The translations under genes were made by a program, and so were the position numbers. Positions 34,935 to 44,360 of a DNA stretch of 64,000 nt are shown here, piece after piece; position 1 is the first letter of the stretch, and every line of letters starts with the position of its first letter. This DNA is from Eubacteriales bacterium (GTDB taxonomy: Bacteria > Bacillota > Clostridia > Oscillospirales > CAG-272): NCBI GenBank assembly GCA_045657105.1, contig JAZOSN010000021.1:3655-67654 (forward strand). Reading direction: 5' to 3'. The notes below the pieces were generated by a model. That model did no database searches, was not told the DNA's origin, and saw only the letters and a list, made by a program, of their open reading frames with translations.

Positions 34935-35768
34935 TTGAAAAATTATAAGATAGGCTTACAGCTTTACAGTGTACGCGACGAAATGGCAAAGGACGTTAAA
35001 GCTACGCTTCAAAAGGTAAAGGAAATAGGATACGACTACGTTGAGTTCGCAGGATACTTCGATTACAGTGCAGAGGATCTGCGCGCCATGCTCGACGAAA
35101 TCGGACTCACCGCTATCTCGGTCCACCAGAAGGTCGATCTCTACCTTGAAAAAGGTCAGGAAGCGGCAGACTATATGAAAACTCTCGGCGTAAAATATTC
35201 GGCAGTACCGTGGTATGACAAATCGAAGCTCGCAGGAACAGAGGGCTGGGACAACACCGTCAAGGAGTTTGCACAGGTTTCAAAGCTTCTCTCGGACAAC
35301 GGAATTCAGATGTGCTATCACAACCACGATTTCGAATTCAACACCTTTGAGGGAAAGTATCTTCTCGATATTCTTTACGAGGTATTCGGCAAGGGCGAGA
35401 TCGATCCCGAGCTTGACCTCTGCTGGGTACACTATGCCGGTCTTAATCCCGCAGAGTATCTCGTTAAATATGCCGACAGAATGGGCATTATCCATTTTAA
35501 GGATTTCACCTGCAAGAAGCTCGGCGGCGGTCCTGTTTACGCGCTCGTTGACAACAGCGGCAAGCCTCAGGGCGGCAGATCGAGAGAGGAAACCGGATTT
35601 GAGTTCCGTCCTCTCGGAGAAGGAATTCAGGATTTCCCCGCTATCCTCAAAGCTCTTGAAAAGACCGACGTTGAGTATATCATAGTTGAGCAGGACCAGT
35701 CGTACGACACCCCCTCGCTCGAAGCAGCAGCAAGAAGCCGCGCTTACCTCAGAACTCTCGGTCTGTAA
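34935..35768 (+). CDS. xylose-isomerase-like TIM-barrel protein (sugar phosphate isomerase/epimerase family)
   Basis: I prefer the TTG start at 34935 (GAAGG 8 nt upstream), because homologues begin at ..KIGLQLYSVRD. Motifs YHNHDFEF, IHFKD and IVEQD. The track ORF begins at 34875. Confidence 0.78.
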   Translation: MKNYKIGLQLYSVRDEMAKDVKATLQKVKEIGYDYVEFAGYFDYSAEDLRAMLDEIGLTAISVHQKVDLYLEKGQEAADYMKTLGVKYSAVPWYDKSKLAGTEGWDNTVKEFAQVSKLLSDNGIQMCYHNHDFEFNTFEGKYLLDILYEVFGKGEIDPELDLCWVHYAGLNPAEYLVKYADRMGIIHFKDFTCKKLGGGPVYALVDNSGKPQGGRSREETGFEFRPLGEGIQDFPAILKALEKTDVEYIIVEQDQSYDTPSLEAAARSRAYLRTLGL

Positions 35769-35788
35769 TTTTGAAAGGAATTTAAGAT

Positions 35789-36754
35789 ATGAAACTCGGT
35801 GTAATGAACCCCGTTCTCGCTCAGTTTGAGTTCGAGGACGCTCTCAAATATCTCGCTTCGCTCGACGTACACACTATCGAGATCGGAGCAGGCGGCTATC
35901 CCGGAAACGCTCATCTGAACGCTCGCGAGCTTCTTGGCGACAGTGCCAAGCTTGAGGCGTACAAGGCGCTTCTCGCGAAGTACGATATGCAGATCTCTGC
36001 TATCAGCTGTCACGGAAACCCTCTTCACCCCCAGAAGGCTATCGCAGATAAGTTCGACAGTGAATTTAAAGACGCCATCCTCGTTGCAGAGGCTCTCGGT
36101 GTAGATACCGTTATCGGATTTTCCGGTTGTCCCGGCGACTGCGAAAACTCGCTTTACCCTAACTGGGTAGTCTGCGCTTGGCCGGACGACAACCTCAAAA
36201 TCGTCGAGTGGCAGTGGAAGGAAAAGGTCATTCCCTACTGGAAAAAGACCGCCGCTTTCGCAAAAGAGCATAACATTACGAAGATCGCGTTTGAGATGCA
36301 CCCCTCGTTCGTGGTTTACAACCCCGAAACGCTCCTGCGCCTGCGCGCAGAGGTCGGTGACATCATCGGCGCAAACTTCGACCCCAGCCACCTTTTCTGG
36401 CAGGGCATAAATCCCGTCGAGGCTATCAAGGCACTCGAAGGCGCGATACATCATTTCCACGCCAAGGATACCGCCATCGACAAGAGAAATACCGAGGTCA
36501 ACGGAGTTCTCGATTACAAATCGTACGGCGACATTCTCAACCGTTCGTGGGTATTCCGCACGGTCGGATACGGACATTCTCAGCTCGAATGGAACGCCAT
36601 CATCAGTGCGCTTAAAACCGTTGGATACGACGGCGCTATCAGCATCGAGCACGAGGACGCTCTTATGTCACCCAAGGAAGGTCTTGAAAAAGCAATTTCT
36701 TTCCTTAAAAACGTACTTATTACGGAAAAGGCAGGAGAAATGTGGTGGGCGTAA
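35789..36754 (+). CDS. xylose-isomerase-like TIM-barrel protein (sugar phosphate isomerase/epimerase family)
   Basis: IEIGAGGYPGNAH, IAFEMHP, NFDPSHLFWQGI and SIEHED. RBS is GAAAGGAA. Confidence 0.8.
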   Translation: MKLGVMNPVLAQFEFEDALKYLASLDVHTIEIGAGGYPGNAHLNARELLGDSAKLEAYKALLAKYDMQISAISCHGNPLHPQKAIADKFDSEFKDAILVAEALGVDTVIGFSGCPGDCENSLYPNWVVCAWPDDNLKIVEWQWKEKVIPYWKKTAAFAKEHNITKIAFEMHPSFVVYNPETLLRLRAEVGDIIGANFDPSHLFWQGINPVEAIKALEGAIHHFHAKDTAIDKRNTEVNGVLDYKSYGDILNRSWVFRTVGYGHSQLEWNAIISALKTVGYDGAISIEHEDALMSPKEGLEKAISFLKNVLITEKAGEMWWA

Positions 36755-36789
36755 GCTCGCTGTGAGCAGCGCCCCACAAGTTTTAAATT

Positions 36790-37860
36790 ATGGAAAACAG
36801 TAAAATTTACAACCTCGCCATAATCGGCTTCGGCGGAATGGCAGGTCACCACTTCACCCAGCTCTCCAAGGGCGAGGTGAGAGTTAAGATCAAGGGTATT
36901 TACGATCTCAAAGAGGACAGACGCGAGGCGGCGCGTGAAAAGGGACTTTACGTTTACACTTCAAACGAGGAGATATTCGCCGATCCCGAGGTAGATATAG
37001 TTCTCGTTGCGGCGACGAACGAGGTTCACAAGGAGCTTTGCATAAGAGCTCTTCGCGCAGGCAAGCACGTTCTTTGTGAAAAGCCGGTAACGCTCACCTC
37101 GGGCGAGCTTGAAGAGATAATGGCGGTAGCCAAGGAAACCGGCAAGATCTTCACTATCGACCAGAACCGCCGCGTAAACAAGGATTTTGTGGCTATGCGA
37201 AGCGCCCTCGAGAGCGGCATTATCGGAAAGCCCTACGTTATCGAAACGAGAGTCGAGGGCTCGCGCGGTATGCCCGAGGGTTGGCGCCGTACTAAAGCAC
37301 TCGGCGGCGGAATGATGTACGACTGGGGCGTTCACCTGATCGACCAGCTTATGTATATGAACCCCTCGAAGGTAGTAAACGTATTCTGCAAGATGTATTC
37401 GATACTTTACGATGAGGTTGACGACAATTTCCATCTCGTTCTTACCTTTGAGGACGGACTGACCGCATACGTTGAGATCTCGACCAACAACTTTATTCTT
37501 CACCCCCGTTGGTACGTTCTCGGAACAGAGGGCACTCTGCAAATCGACTCTTGGGAAGGAACAGGCCGTGTCGTCAAAGTCAAGGACCGCGAGGACACAT
37601 GGAGTTCTGACATCAAGATCACCAAGGCAGGCCCGTCCAAGACGATGGGCGCGCGCGATCCGTCCACGGTAAGCGTTACCGAGGTAGCGCCTCCCGAGGG
37701 CATTGAGGATAATCTTAATCCGGTTTACCGTCAGCTCGTTGACGCCATTGAGGGCGCGCCCCTTAAAATCACGGCAGAGCAGGCGCTCCGCGTCGTCAAG
37801 GTTATGGAAGCGGCATTCGAGTCGGCAAGAACGGGCGAGGCTATAAAGCTGAGTGTTTAA
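36790..37860 (+). CDS. Gfo/Idh/MocA-family oxidoreductase
   Basis: LAIIGFGGMAGHH, CEKPVT and the ..DWGVHLIDQ.. C-domain. Confidence 0.85.
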   Translation: MENSKIYNLAIIGFGGMAGHHFTQLSKGEVRVKIKGIYDLKEDRREAAREKGLYVYTSNEEIFADPEVDIVLVAATNEVHKELCIRALRAGKHVLCEKPVTLTSGELEEIMAVAKETGKIFTIDQNRRVNKDFVAMRSALESGIIGKPYVIETRVEGSRGMPEGWRRTKALGGGMMYDWGVHLIDQLMYMNPSKVVNVFCKMYSILYDEVDDNFHLVLTFEDGLTAYVEISTNNFILHPRWYVLGTEGTLQIDSWEGTGRVVKVKDREDTWSSDIKITKAGPSKTMGARDPSTVSVTEVAPPEGIEDNLNPVYRQLVDAIEGAPLKITAEQALRVVKVMEAAFESARTGEAIKLSV

Positions 37861-37868
37861 GGGGAACG

Positions 37869-37916
37869 CTTAGGAAACTTTTTGGAAAAAGTTTCCTAAG
37901 AACCTTCAAAAACTTT
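37869..37916. repeat. third copy of the palindromic intergenic repeat
   Basis: A 32-nt perfect palindrome CTTAGGAAACTTTTTGGAAAAAGTTTCCTAAG is followed by the tail AACCTTCAAAAACTTT. Compare 9834-9877 and 9890-9933. Confidence 0.5.
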
Positions 37917-37925
37917 AATAAAAGT

Positions 37926-37958
37926 AAACCGGACGGCAATGCCGTCCGGTTTGTTTTT
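37926..37958. terminator. bidirectional terminator (oxidoreductase operon / manA)
   Basis: ACCGGACGGC-AAT-GCCGTCCGGT followed by TTGTTTTT, with AAA upstream. Confidence 0.75.
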
Positions 37959-38863
37959 CACTTAACCACCGTCAAAAGAAACTCGAAATCGCCGCTAAGC
38001 TTTGCGCCCTCGCAGGATATTGGCAGAAGCACGCTACTACCCGCTAAAACGTCGAGTTCTCCAACTCTTCCCTTGCCCGAAAGCACGAGAATATGGCGGA
38101 ATTTATCCGAATTTCCGATTATCTCTCCGCACGAGGAGTCCTTCTTCTCGACTCTGAAAATATCGCAGTCTGCAAGCAGATCCTCGCTTGTTTTTTCGGC
38201 GCATGAATATCTGATCTTGTCAATATCCTCTTTTTTATAAAGCTCGATAACGTCGAGTGCTTTTTTGATATGAAGCTCTCTGCCGCGGTTATAATCGTAA
38301 ACGCGGTAGGTCACGTTCGAGGACTGCTGGATCTCGGCTATAAGAATACCGCCACCGATCGCGTGGACACAGCCCGCAGGGATAAAGAAAACGTCGCCAC
38401 GGTGAACGTCCACGTAGTTAAGACACTCGCCTATCCTGTTTTCCTCAACCGCCTTGGCAAAATCCTCTTTGCTGACGCCCTCGGAAAGTCCGTAGACGAG
38501 CTTTGCGCCCGCCTCGGCATCGACGACGTACCACATCTCGGTCTTGCCGAGATCGCCCTCATATCTTTTCGAATATTCATCGCCCGGATGAACCTGCACC
38601 GAGAGGTCGGACTTTGCATCTATAAATTTGATAAGAACCGGAAAATCATCGGTGTTTTCAAGCTCCCACAGAGCTTTCCCGTTCATTTCTCCGCTCTTCA
38701 CGGTATTTACCTCGTTCTCTCTGACGGTAAGCTCCCAGGTTTCGGCAATTCTCTGCCCTGCCTTTTCGCCCTTACCGAACTCGCGCGAAAGACGCTCTCC
38801 GCCCCAGATTATATCCTTACAAACGGGAGAAAGAAGGATTGGTTCTTTTACGGTATATTTCAT
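37958..38863 (-). CDS. manA: mannose-6-phosphate isomerase, class I (Bacillus-type)
   Basis: ATG 38863 with GGAG 6 nt upstream. PVCKDIIWGG, LSVQVHPGD, KTEMWYV and the cupin motif HAIGGGILIAEIQQSSN. Confidence 0.85.
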   Translation of the reverse strand: MKYTVKEPILLSPVCKDIIWGGERLSREFGKGEKAGQRIAETWELTVRENEVNTVKSGEMNGKALWELENTDDFPVLIKFIDAKSDLSVQVHPGDEYSKRYEGDLGKTEMWYVVDAEAGAKLVYGLSEGVSKEDFAKAVEENRIGECLNYVDVHRGDVFFIPAGCVHAIGGGILIAEIQQSSNVTYRVYDYNRGRELHIKKALDVIELYKKEDIDKIRYSCAEKTSEDLLADCDIFRVEKKDSSCGEIIGNSDKFRHILVLSGKGRVGELDVLAGSSVLLPISCEGAKLSGDFEFLLTVVK

Positions 38864-38920
38864 AATTTTCTCCAAAAATCAATAAAGTCGGGAAAAACCC
38901 GACTTTATTATAGTTTAAAA

Positions 38921-39880
38921 TTACTCTGCATCAAGTCCGAGTGCCTCGGTTATAACGTCGTTGTATTCTCCGATAACGATCGCACTTGCATCATCTCCGG
39001 TAAAATTAACGGTAGTAACCGCGATGCAGGAGTCAAAGGCGTATGCGCCGATCTCTTTTACCTGAGCAAAGGATACGCTCGAAAGGATCTCGCAGTAATT
39101 GAACGCGTATTCGCCGATGGTTTCGACAGTTGCGGGAAGCTCTATCGAGGTGAGCTTTATGCACCACTTGAACGCGCCTGCACCGACAGTCACGAGCGAG
39201 TCGCCAAGGTCGATCGAAGCAAGCGAGGTGCAGTAAGCGAATGCTCCGTCGCCAATAGCGGTGATCTTTCCTGCAAAGGTAACGCTTTCAAGAGCCGAGC
39301 ACTCTCCGCAAAGAGCCTCGGGAATTACCGTAACGCCCTCGGGAATTGCGAGCGATTTGAGTGCGGTAGAATAGTTGAACACTCTCTTACCGAGTGTGGT
39401 AAGACCTGCGGGAAGAGTTACGCTTTCGAGCGAGTAGTTATACCAGAACGCCTCGTCTGCGATCTCGGTAACGCCTGCGGGAATTACTACCGAACGGAGA
39501 AGGTTGTTCTTTTCAAACGCGCCCCTGCCGATCTTGGTAACCGAAATTTCGTTTATCTTTTCGGGAATTACGAGATCGATAAGAACGATCTCCTCGCCTT
39601 CGCCATCTTCGTTTGCGGGAGCGGCATCACCATTTTCGGGAACGTAATCGAAATCGTAATCGGTTATTTCGATCGCTTTTCCGTCATAAATATTATACGT
39701 ATAGCCCTCGTATTTAAGGTTGTACTTTACGTCTACCTTGTCCTGCTCTTTATCGTCTGTTTCGTCATCTCCCGTAATAGCATCGGGATCGACCGCACCG
39801 TCGTCGTAGTTTCCGCTGCACGAAGCGAGAACGGTCGTCAGAAGAAGAGCAAAAATAAGTAACAGCGTGAGTTTTTTCAT
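38921..39880 (-). CDS. BspA-type leucine-rich-repeat lipoprotein
   Basis: Lipobox VLASCSG, an acidic linker, then about 8 LRR units of the form I(P/G)..AF..C..L.S(V/I).(L/F)P..(V/L)..IG..AF. Confidence 0.75.
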   Translation of the reverse strand: MKKLTLLLIFALLLTTVLASCSGNYDDGAVDPDAITGDDETDDKEQDKVDVKYNLKYEGYTYNIYDGKAIEITDYDFDYVPENGDAAPANEDGEGEEIVLIDLVIPEKINEISVTKIGRGAFEKNNLLRSVVIPAGVTEIADEAFWYNYSLESVTLPAGLTTLGKRVFNYSTALKSLAIPEGVTVIPEALCGECSALESVTFAGKITAIGDGAFAYCTSLASIDLGDSLVTVGAGAFKWCIKLTSIELPATVETIGEYAFNYCEILSSVSFAQVKEIGAYAFDSCIAVTTVNFTGDDASAIVIGEYNDVITEALGLDAE

Positions 39881-40176
39881 TTTAGTCAGCGTGGTTTCTA
39901 TAAAAGAAACCGTTTCCTTTCTTTCGCGAGTTATGCCTGCGGTGAAACAGACATCTCAGCGCAAAGCTTTAATACATATACGATATAATTATAGCATTTA
40001 TTATTATCTTTGTCAACAACAATTTTATTAAATTTATTGATGAGGCTTATTGTTTTTAAGTTATTTACCGTATATTAACTCAAAAATCCACACAAATTTA
40101 CAAAAAGTTTAATTGAACTGTGCTTTTTATATGATATAATAGATTATTATAGTAAATATAAGAGAGGAGCGCGGAT

Positions 40177-41064
40177 ATGTTCGGATACGTCAAAGCACTG
40201 ACAGGCGAGCTTCGTGTCAAGGAATACGAGCTTTACAAAAGCGTTTACTGCGGACTTTGCCATCATATAAAAAAGCGCGGCAGGTTTATGACCTTTTCGC
40301 TCAGCTACGATTTCGTGCTTCCCTCGCTCTTCGCTCTTGCTTTTACCGACAGAGAAAATATTTCCTTCAAAAAAAAGAGATGCCTCGCTCACCCCTTTAA
40401 GGCGAGAAAGGTTCTCGACGGCGGCGATGCTATGCAGTCGGTCGCCGACGCCGCGGTACTACTCGTTTACTACAAGCTTCTCGACGACAAAAACGACCGC
40501 GACGAAGGATTTTTTAGGCGCATCTCTTCTTCCCTTGCACTCATTTTTGCGCGCAGTGCGCGAAGGCGTGTTTTAAAGGCAGGGCTCACCCACACCGACG
40601 AGATCATAAGAAAATCTCTTGACGCTCTCGCACTCTGCGAAAAAGAAAAAAGCGAAAGCGTTTACGAGGGCGCGACAATATTCGGAAATCTCCTTGCAGA
40701 GGTCTTTTCCTCACTGATCAAAAAGGAGTCCGACAGGCGGTGTATGCACGAGATCGGATACCACGTCGGTCGATGGATCTATATTGCAGACGCGCTCGAC
40801 GATATTGGGCGCGACCGCAAAAGCGGAAGCTACAATCCTCTTGTTCTGTCGCTTGACGATACAAACTTCGAAAACTCCGAAAGCTTTAAACAAAACATCG
40901 AAATTTCTCTTCGAATAGAGCTCGAAGAGTGCGAAAAAGCGATGAATTTGCTCGAAATAAACGACAAAGGTCTTCTCGCTATTATTGAGAACACGCTTTA
41001 TCTCGGTATGCCCGACGTGATTTCGCGCATACTTGCAAAAAATTTCGAAAAAACGAAAAAATAA
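40177..41064 (+). CDS. DUF5685-family protein
   Basis: The N-terminus MFGYVKALTGELRVKEYELYKSVYCGLCHHIKK matches the family signature as I remember it. RBS is GAGAGGAG. Confidence 0.65.
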   Translation: MFGYVKALTGELRVKEYELYKSVYCGLCHHIKKRGRFMTFSLSYDFVLPSLFALAFTDRENISFKKKRCLAHPFKARKVLDGGDAMQSVADAAVLLVYYKLLDDKNDRDEGFFRRISSSLALIFARSARRRVLKAGLTHTDEIIRKSLDALALCEKEKSESVYEGATIFGNLLAEVFSSLIKKESDRRCMHEIGYHVGRWIYIADALDDIGRDRKSGSYNPLVLSLDDTNFENSESFKQNIEISLRIELEECEKAMNLLEINDKGLLAIIENTLYLGMPDVISRILAKNFEKTKK

Positions 41065-41098
41065 TCCGCCTTAGCGGATACCGAAAGGACATTTTTAA

Positions 41099-41725
41099 AT
41101 GAACGATCCGTACAAGGTGCTCGGCGTATCGCGCGATGCCACCGACGAAGAAATAAAAAAAGCATACCGCGAGCTTGCTCGCAAATATCACCCTGACAAC
41201 TATGTCAATAATCCTCTTGCCGATCTCGTTCAGGAGAAAATGAAGGAGATCAACGAGGCTTACGACGAGATCCAGCGCTCACGCGCGTCATCTCGTTCGT
41301 CGTCGTCAGGATATTACGACACCTCTTACACGTCGGACGGAACCTACGACTCGGCGCTCAAAGAGATCAGAATACTTATAAATTCAGGTCAGTACAACGA
41401 GGCAAACATTAAGCTCGACGCGCTTCCGAAGAACGCGCGCAACGCCGAATGGCATTTCCTCAAAGGCTGTCTGCTTATGCAAAGAGGCTATTATTACGAC
41501 GCGACGCGCCTTTTCGAAACCGCCTGCTATCTTGATCCAAGCAACGAGGAGTACAGAAACGCTCTGAACGAGCTCAAAATGAGAAGCAACGCGTACGGCG
41601 ACCGATACCGCAGAGCAAACACCTCGTCGAGCTCTGACGATATGTTCTGCAACCTCTGCACCAATCTGATATGTGCAGACTGTTTGTGCGAGATGTGCGG
41701 CGGCGACCTTATCGGTTGTCTGTAA
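41099..41725 (+). CDS. J-domain protein with a TPR-like middle and a Cys-rich C-terminal tail
   Basis: [31 protein letters not shown] (HPD motif). The tail reads [26 protein letters not shown]. Confidence 0.8.
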   Translation: MNDPYKVLGVSRDATDEEIKKAYRELARKYHPDNYVNNPLADLVQEKMKEINEAYDEIQRSRASSRSSSSGYYDTSYTSDGTYDSALKEIRILINSGQYNEANIKLDALPKNARNAEWHFLKGCLLMQRGYYYDATRLFETACYLDPSNEEYRNALNELKMRSNAYGDRYRRANTSSSSDDMFCNLCTNLICADCLCEMCGGDLIGCL

Positions 41726-41785
41726 AGTGCCAAATAATATTTCGGAGATTTCGAGTCCTGCAAAACGGCTCGAACTTATGAATTT

Positions 41786-42310
41786 ATGAAAAAAACGAAA
41801 ATCATCGTACTAAGCGCCCTGCTCTCGGCTCTGGCGTCCGCGATACTTTGCCTCGGCTCCCTGCTCGGAGATCTCGACCTCACCTTTGCCGCGCTCGCTT
41901 CCCTACCCGTTTTCTGGGCGGCGCTCGAGCTCGGAATGAGATCGGCAAGCTCGGTCTGGCTTATCACATCGGCGATCTCATTTATGCTTGCTCCCTCTAA
42001 ATTTGCCGCGGCGATGTTTGCGGTCTTCGTCGGAATTTATCCGATAATCAAGCTTGTATCCGAAAGATACCGCCCGATGATCTCGTGGAGCATAAAAATA
42101 ATTTCGGCAAGCGTCGCAACCGTCGCGCTCACTCTGCTTGCAAAATTTGTGTTCTTCCCCGGCATGAAGCACGCCCTTTGGGTATACCTGCTTATGCTCC
42201 TGCTTGCAAACACCGCGACAGTCCTGTTTGACATTCTTCTCGGCAGGCTTGCGATCATATATTTTGTGAAAATACGAAAAAAGCTCGGTATCGGCAAAAA
42301 CAAAAAATAA
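41786..42310 (+). CDS. hypothetical polytopic membrane protein (about 5 TM)
   Basis: Hydrophobic segments run throughout. I recognise no motif. Confidence 0.5.
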   Translation: MKKTKIIVLSALLSALASAILCLGSLLGDLDLTFAALASLPVFWAALELGMRSASSVWLITSAISFMLAPSKFAAAMFAVFVGIYPIIKLVSERYRPMISWSIKIISASVATVALTLLAKFVFFPGMKHALWVYLLMLLLANTATVLFDILLGRLAIIYFVKIRKKLGIGKNKK

Positions 42311-42371
42311 TTTTTCACCTTATGGATAAAATTGCAAAAAGTATGCAATAATATCCGTGAGGTGATTTTTT

Positions 42372-42830
42372 ATGCAACTTACGCAAAAAGAAAAGGATTT
42401 ACTGAAAGACATGAAAGATGAGGAGCAGCTCTGTATTGACAAATACACCCGTCATTCCGAGTGTGCTCACGACGCGCAGCTCAAAAACCTGTTTTCCTGT
42501 ATAGCACAGGTCGAAAGAGAGCATCTTAATACTCTTAATTCGATCGAATCGGGAAGCACGTCGCAGAGCTCGTCGGGCGGCTCGGTGAGCTGTCCCACCA
42601 CGTTCACTGCAACCTACAATTCTGCGGAAACTGTCGAGAAAAAAGACGACTGCTTCCTTTGCAGCGACCTGCTCGCAGGCGAAAAGCACGCGTCGCATCT
42701 TTACGACACCTGTGTTTTTGAGTTTGCCGATACAAACATCAGAAATACGATCAACCACATTCAGAAGGAAGAGCAAAACCACGGAAAAATGATCTACGAT
42801 TATATGAAAACAAATTCCATGTATTCGTAA
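42372..42830 (+). CDS. CotF-family spore coat protein
   Basis: LTQKEKDLLKDMKDEEQLCIDKYTRHSECAHDAQLKNLF..I.Q.EREH and a second half ..EKHASHLYDT...E......R..INHIQKEEQNHG, giving the two ferritin-like Coat F halves. Confidence 0.7.
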   Translation: MQLTQKEKDLLKDMKDEEQLCIDKYTRHSECAHDAQLKNLFSCIAQVEREHLNTLNSIESGSTSQSSSGGSVSCPTTFTATYNSAETVEKKDDCFLCSDLLAGEKHASHLYDTCVFEFADTNIRNTINHIQKEEQNHGKMIYDYMKTNSMYS

Positions 42831-42834
42831 AAAG

Positions 42835-42868
42835 AAAATTCCCTTGTTTGAAGCAAGGGAATTTTTTA
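42835..42868. terminator. bidirectional terminator (cotF-like / trkH)
   Basis: TTCCCTTG / CAAGGGAA stem (42839-42846 / 42854-42861), followed by TTTTTT. Confidence 0.7.
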
Positions 42869-42869
42869 T

Positions 42870-44333
42870 TTAATTTTTCTTCCAAGAACCGGGCGAGAAG
42901 AATACTATTATCGGGAATATTTCAAGTCGTCCGAGAAGCATTGCAAACGAGAACACCACCTTGGAAAGCGGCGAGTACGCCGAGAAATTTCCCATAGGTC
43001 CGACCATTCCAAGACCGGGACCGACGTTGTTGAAGCAGGTGAGCGCCGCAGTTGCATTCGTCGTGAAATCAAATCCGTCGAGCGATACGACGATCGTCGT
43101 AATCACGATGATAAATATATACATTACAAAGTAGGAGAGCGTGCTGCGAACTATCGAGTTTTCTACGGGTGTGCCTTCAAGACGAACGGTAGTCACCGCG
43201 CGCGGGTGAAGCAGATGCTTCATTTCCTGTGCGAAGGTTTTGAGAAGAAGCATCATTCGGCTTATTTTAAGTCCACCCGCAGTAGAGCCTGCCATTCCAC
43301 CGAGTATTATGAGCATAACGAGCAGAGCTTGTGCGAAGGACGGCCAGAGAAGCGCAAAATCGACCGTTCCGTATCCAGTTGTCGAGATAAGAGCCGCAAC
43401 CTGAAAAAACGCGTGTCTGAGAGATGTCGCGGCGTCTGAGTAAATATGGTAGATATTCGCGGCGATAAGCAGAGTCGTCACGCCGACGATGGCAAGATAG
43501 ACTCTAAGCTCCTCGCTTTTGAACACATCTCTTATTCTTTTTATGAGAATGAGATAGAAAAGGTTGAAATTTATTCCGAAGATCACCATAAATACGGCGA
43601 GAACCATTTCGATATACGCGCTGTCGTAGAAGGATATTCCTTCACTGCGAACTGCAAATCCGCCTGTTCCCGCAGTTCCGAATGCATTACAGAGAGCATC
43701 GAAAAGCGGCATATCTCCAAGCAGGAGAAGCACTGCAAGAATTGCCGTAAGTACGGCATAAACTGCATACAGTATTATCGCCGTCTGGCGCATACGCGGT
43801 ACGAGCTTTCCTACGACCGGGCCGGGAACCTCCGCCTTCATAAGATGCATCGAGTCTGACATCGGCATTATAGCAAGCACGAACACCAGAACTCCCATTC
43901 CGCCTACCCAGTGCGAAAAGCTTCGCCAGAAAAGCAGACATTTGGGAAGCGCGCCCGGATCGATACAGATGGTCGCACCCGTAGTAGTAAATCCGGATAC
44001 CATCTCAAAAATGCAGTCCCAGATCGATGAAAACTGGGAAACGCCGCCGAAGGATTCAAGGCTGCTTATGTAAAACGGAATCGCTCCGATAAGTGACATA
44101 AATATCCACGCCGCCGCGACCACGAAGAAGCCCTCGCGCACGTATATTACCGTATTCTTCGGCTTTTTAAGTCCGATAGTAATTCCGGCGAGTAATAGTA
44201 CAAGCATTGGTATCGCAAAGGAAAGCGTTGCCTTTTCCGAGTAGATGAGTCCGACGGCGACCGAGGGTATCATCAGGAAAAACTCGGCAAGAAAGACGCG
44301 TCCCAAGAGATACGCTATCATTTTTCTGTTCAT
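42870..44333 (-). CDS. trkH: TrkH/KtrB-family potassium uptake protein
   Basis: 487 aa, polytopic, with repeated selectivity-filter-like segments TTTGAT, GTAGTGGF, TTGYGT and NVGPGLG. Confidence 0.9.
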   Translation of the reverse strand: MNRKMIAYLLGRVFLAEFFLMIPSVAVGLIYSEKATLSFAIPMLVLLLAGITIGLKKPKNTVIYVREGFFVVAAAWIFMSLIGAIPFYISSLESFGGVSQFSSIWDCIFEMVSGFTTTGATICIDPGALPKCLLFWRSFSHWVGGMGVLVFVLAIMPMSDSMHLMKAEVPGPVVGKLVPRMRQTAIILYAVYAVLTAILAVLLLLGDMPLFDALCNAFGTAGTGGFAVRSEGISFYDSAYIEMVLAVFMVIFGINFNLFYLILIKRIRDVFKSEELRVYLAIVGVTTLLIAANIYHIYSDAATSLRHAFFQVAALISTTGYGTVDFALLWPSFAQALLVMLIILGGMAGSTAGGLKISRMMLLLKTFAQEMKHLLHPRAVTTVRLEGTPVENSIVRSTLSYFVMYIFIIVITTIVVSLDGFDFTTNATAALTCFNNVGPGLGMVGPMGNFSAYSPLSKVVFSFAMLLGRLEIFPIIVFFSPGSWKKN

Positions 44334-44360
44334 ATCGTTTATCTCTTCTTTGTTTTTGAT

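Noticed and set aside
38270-39862. 530-aa ORF on the plus strand
   Set aside because: It runs antisense across two independent, well-supported minus-strand genes (manA and the LRR lipoprotein) and the terminator-free gap between them. It has no RBS and no recognisable motifs.
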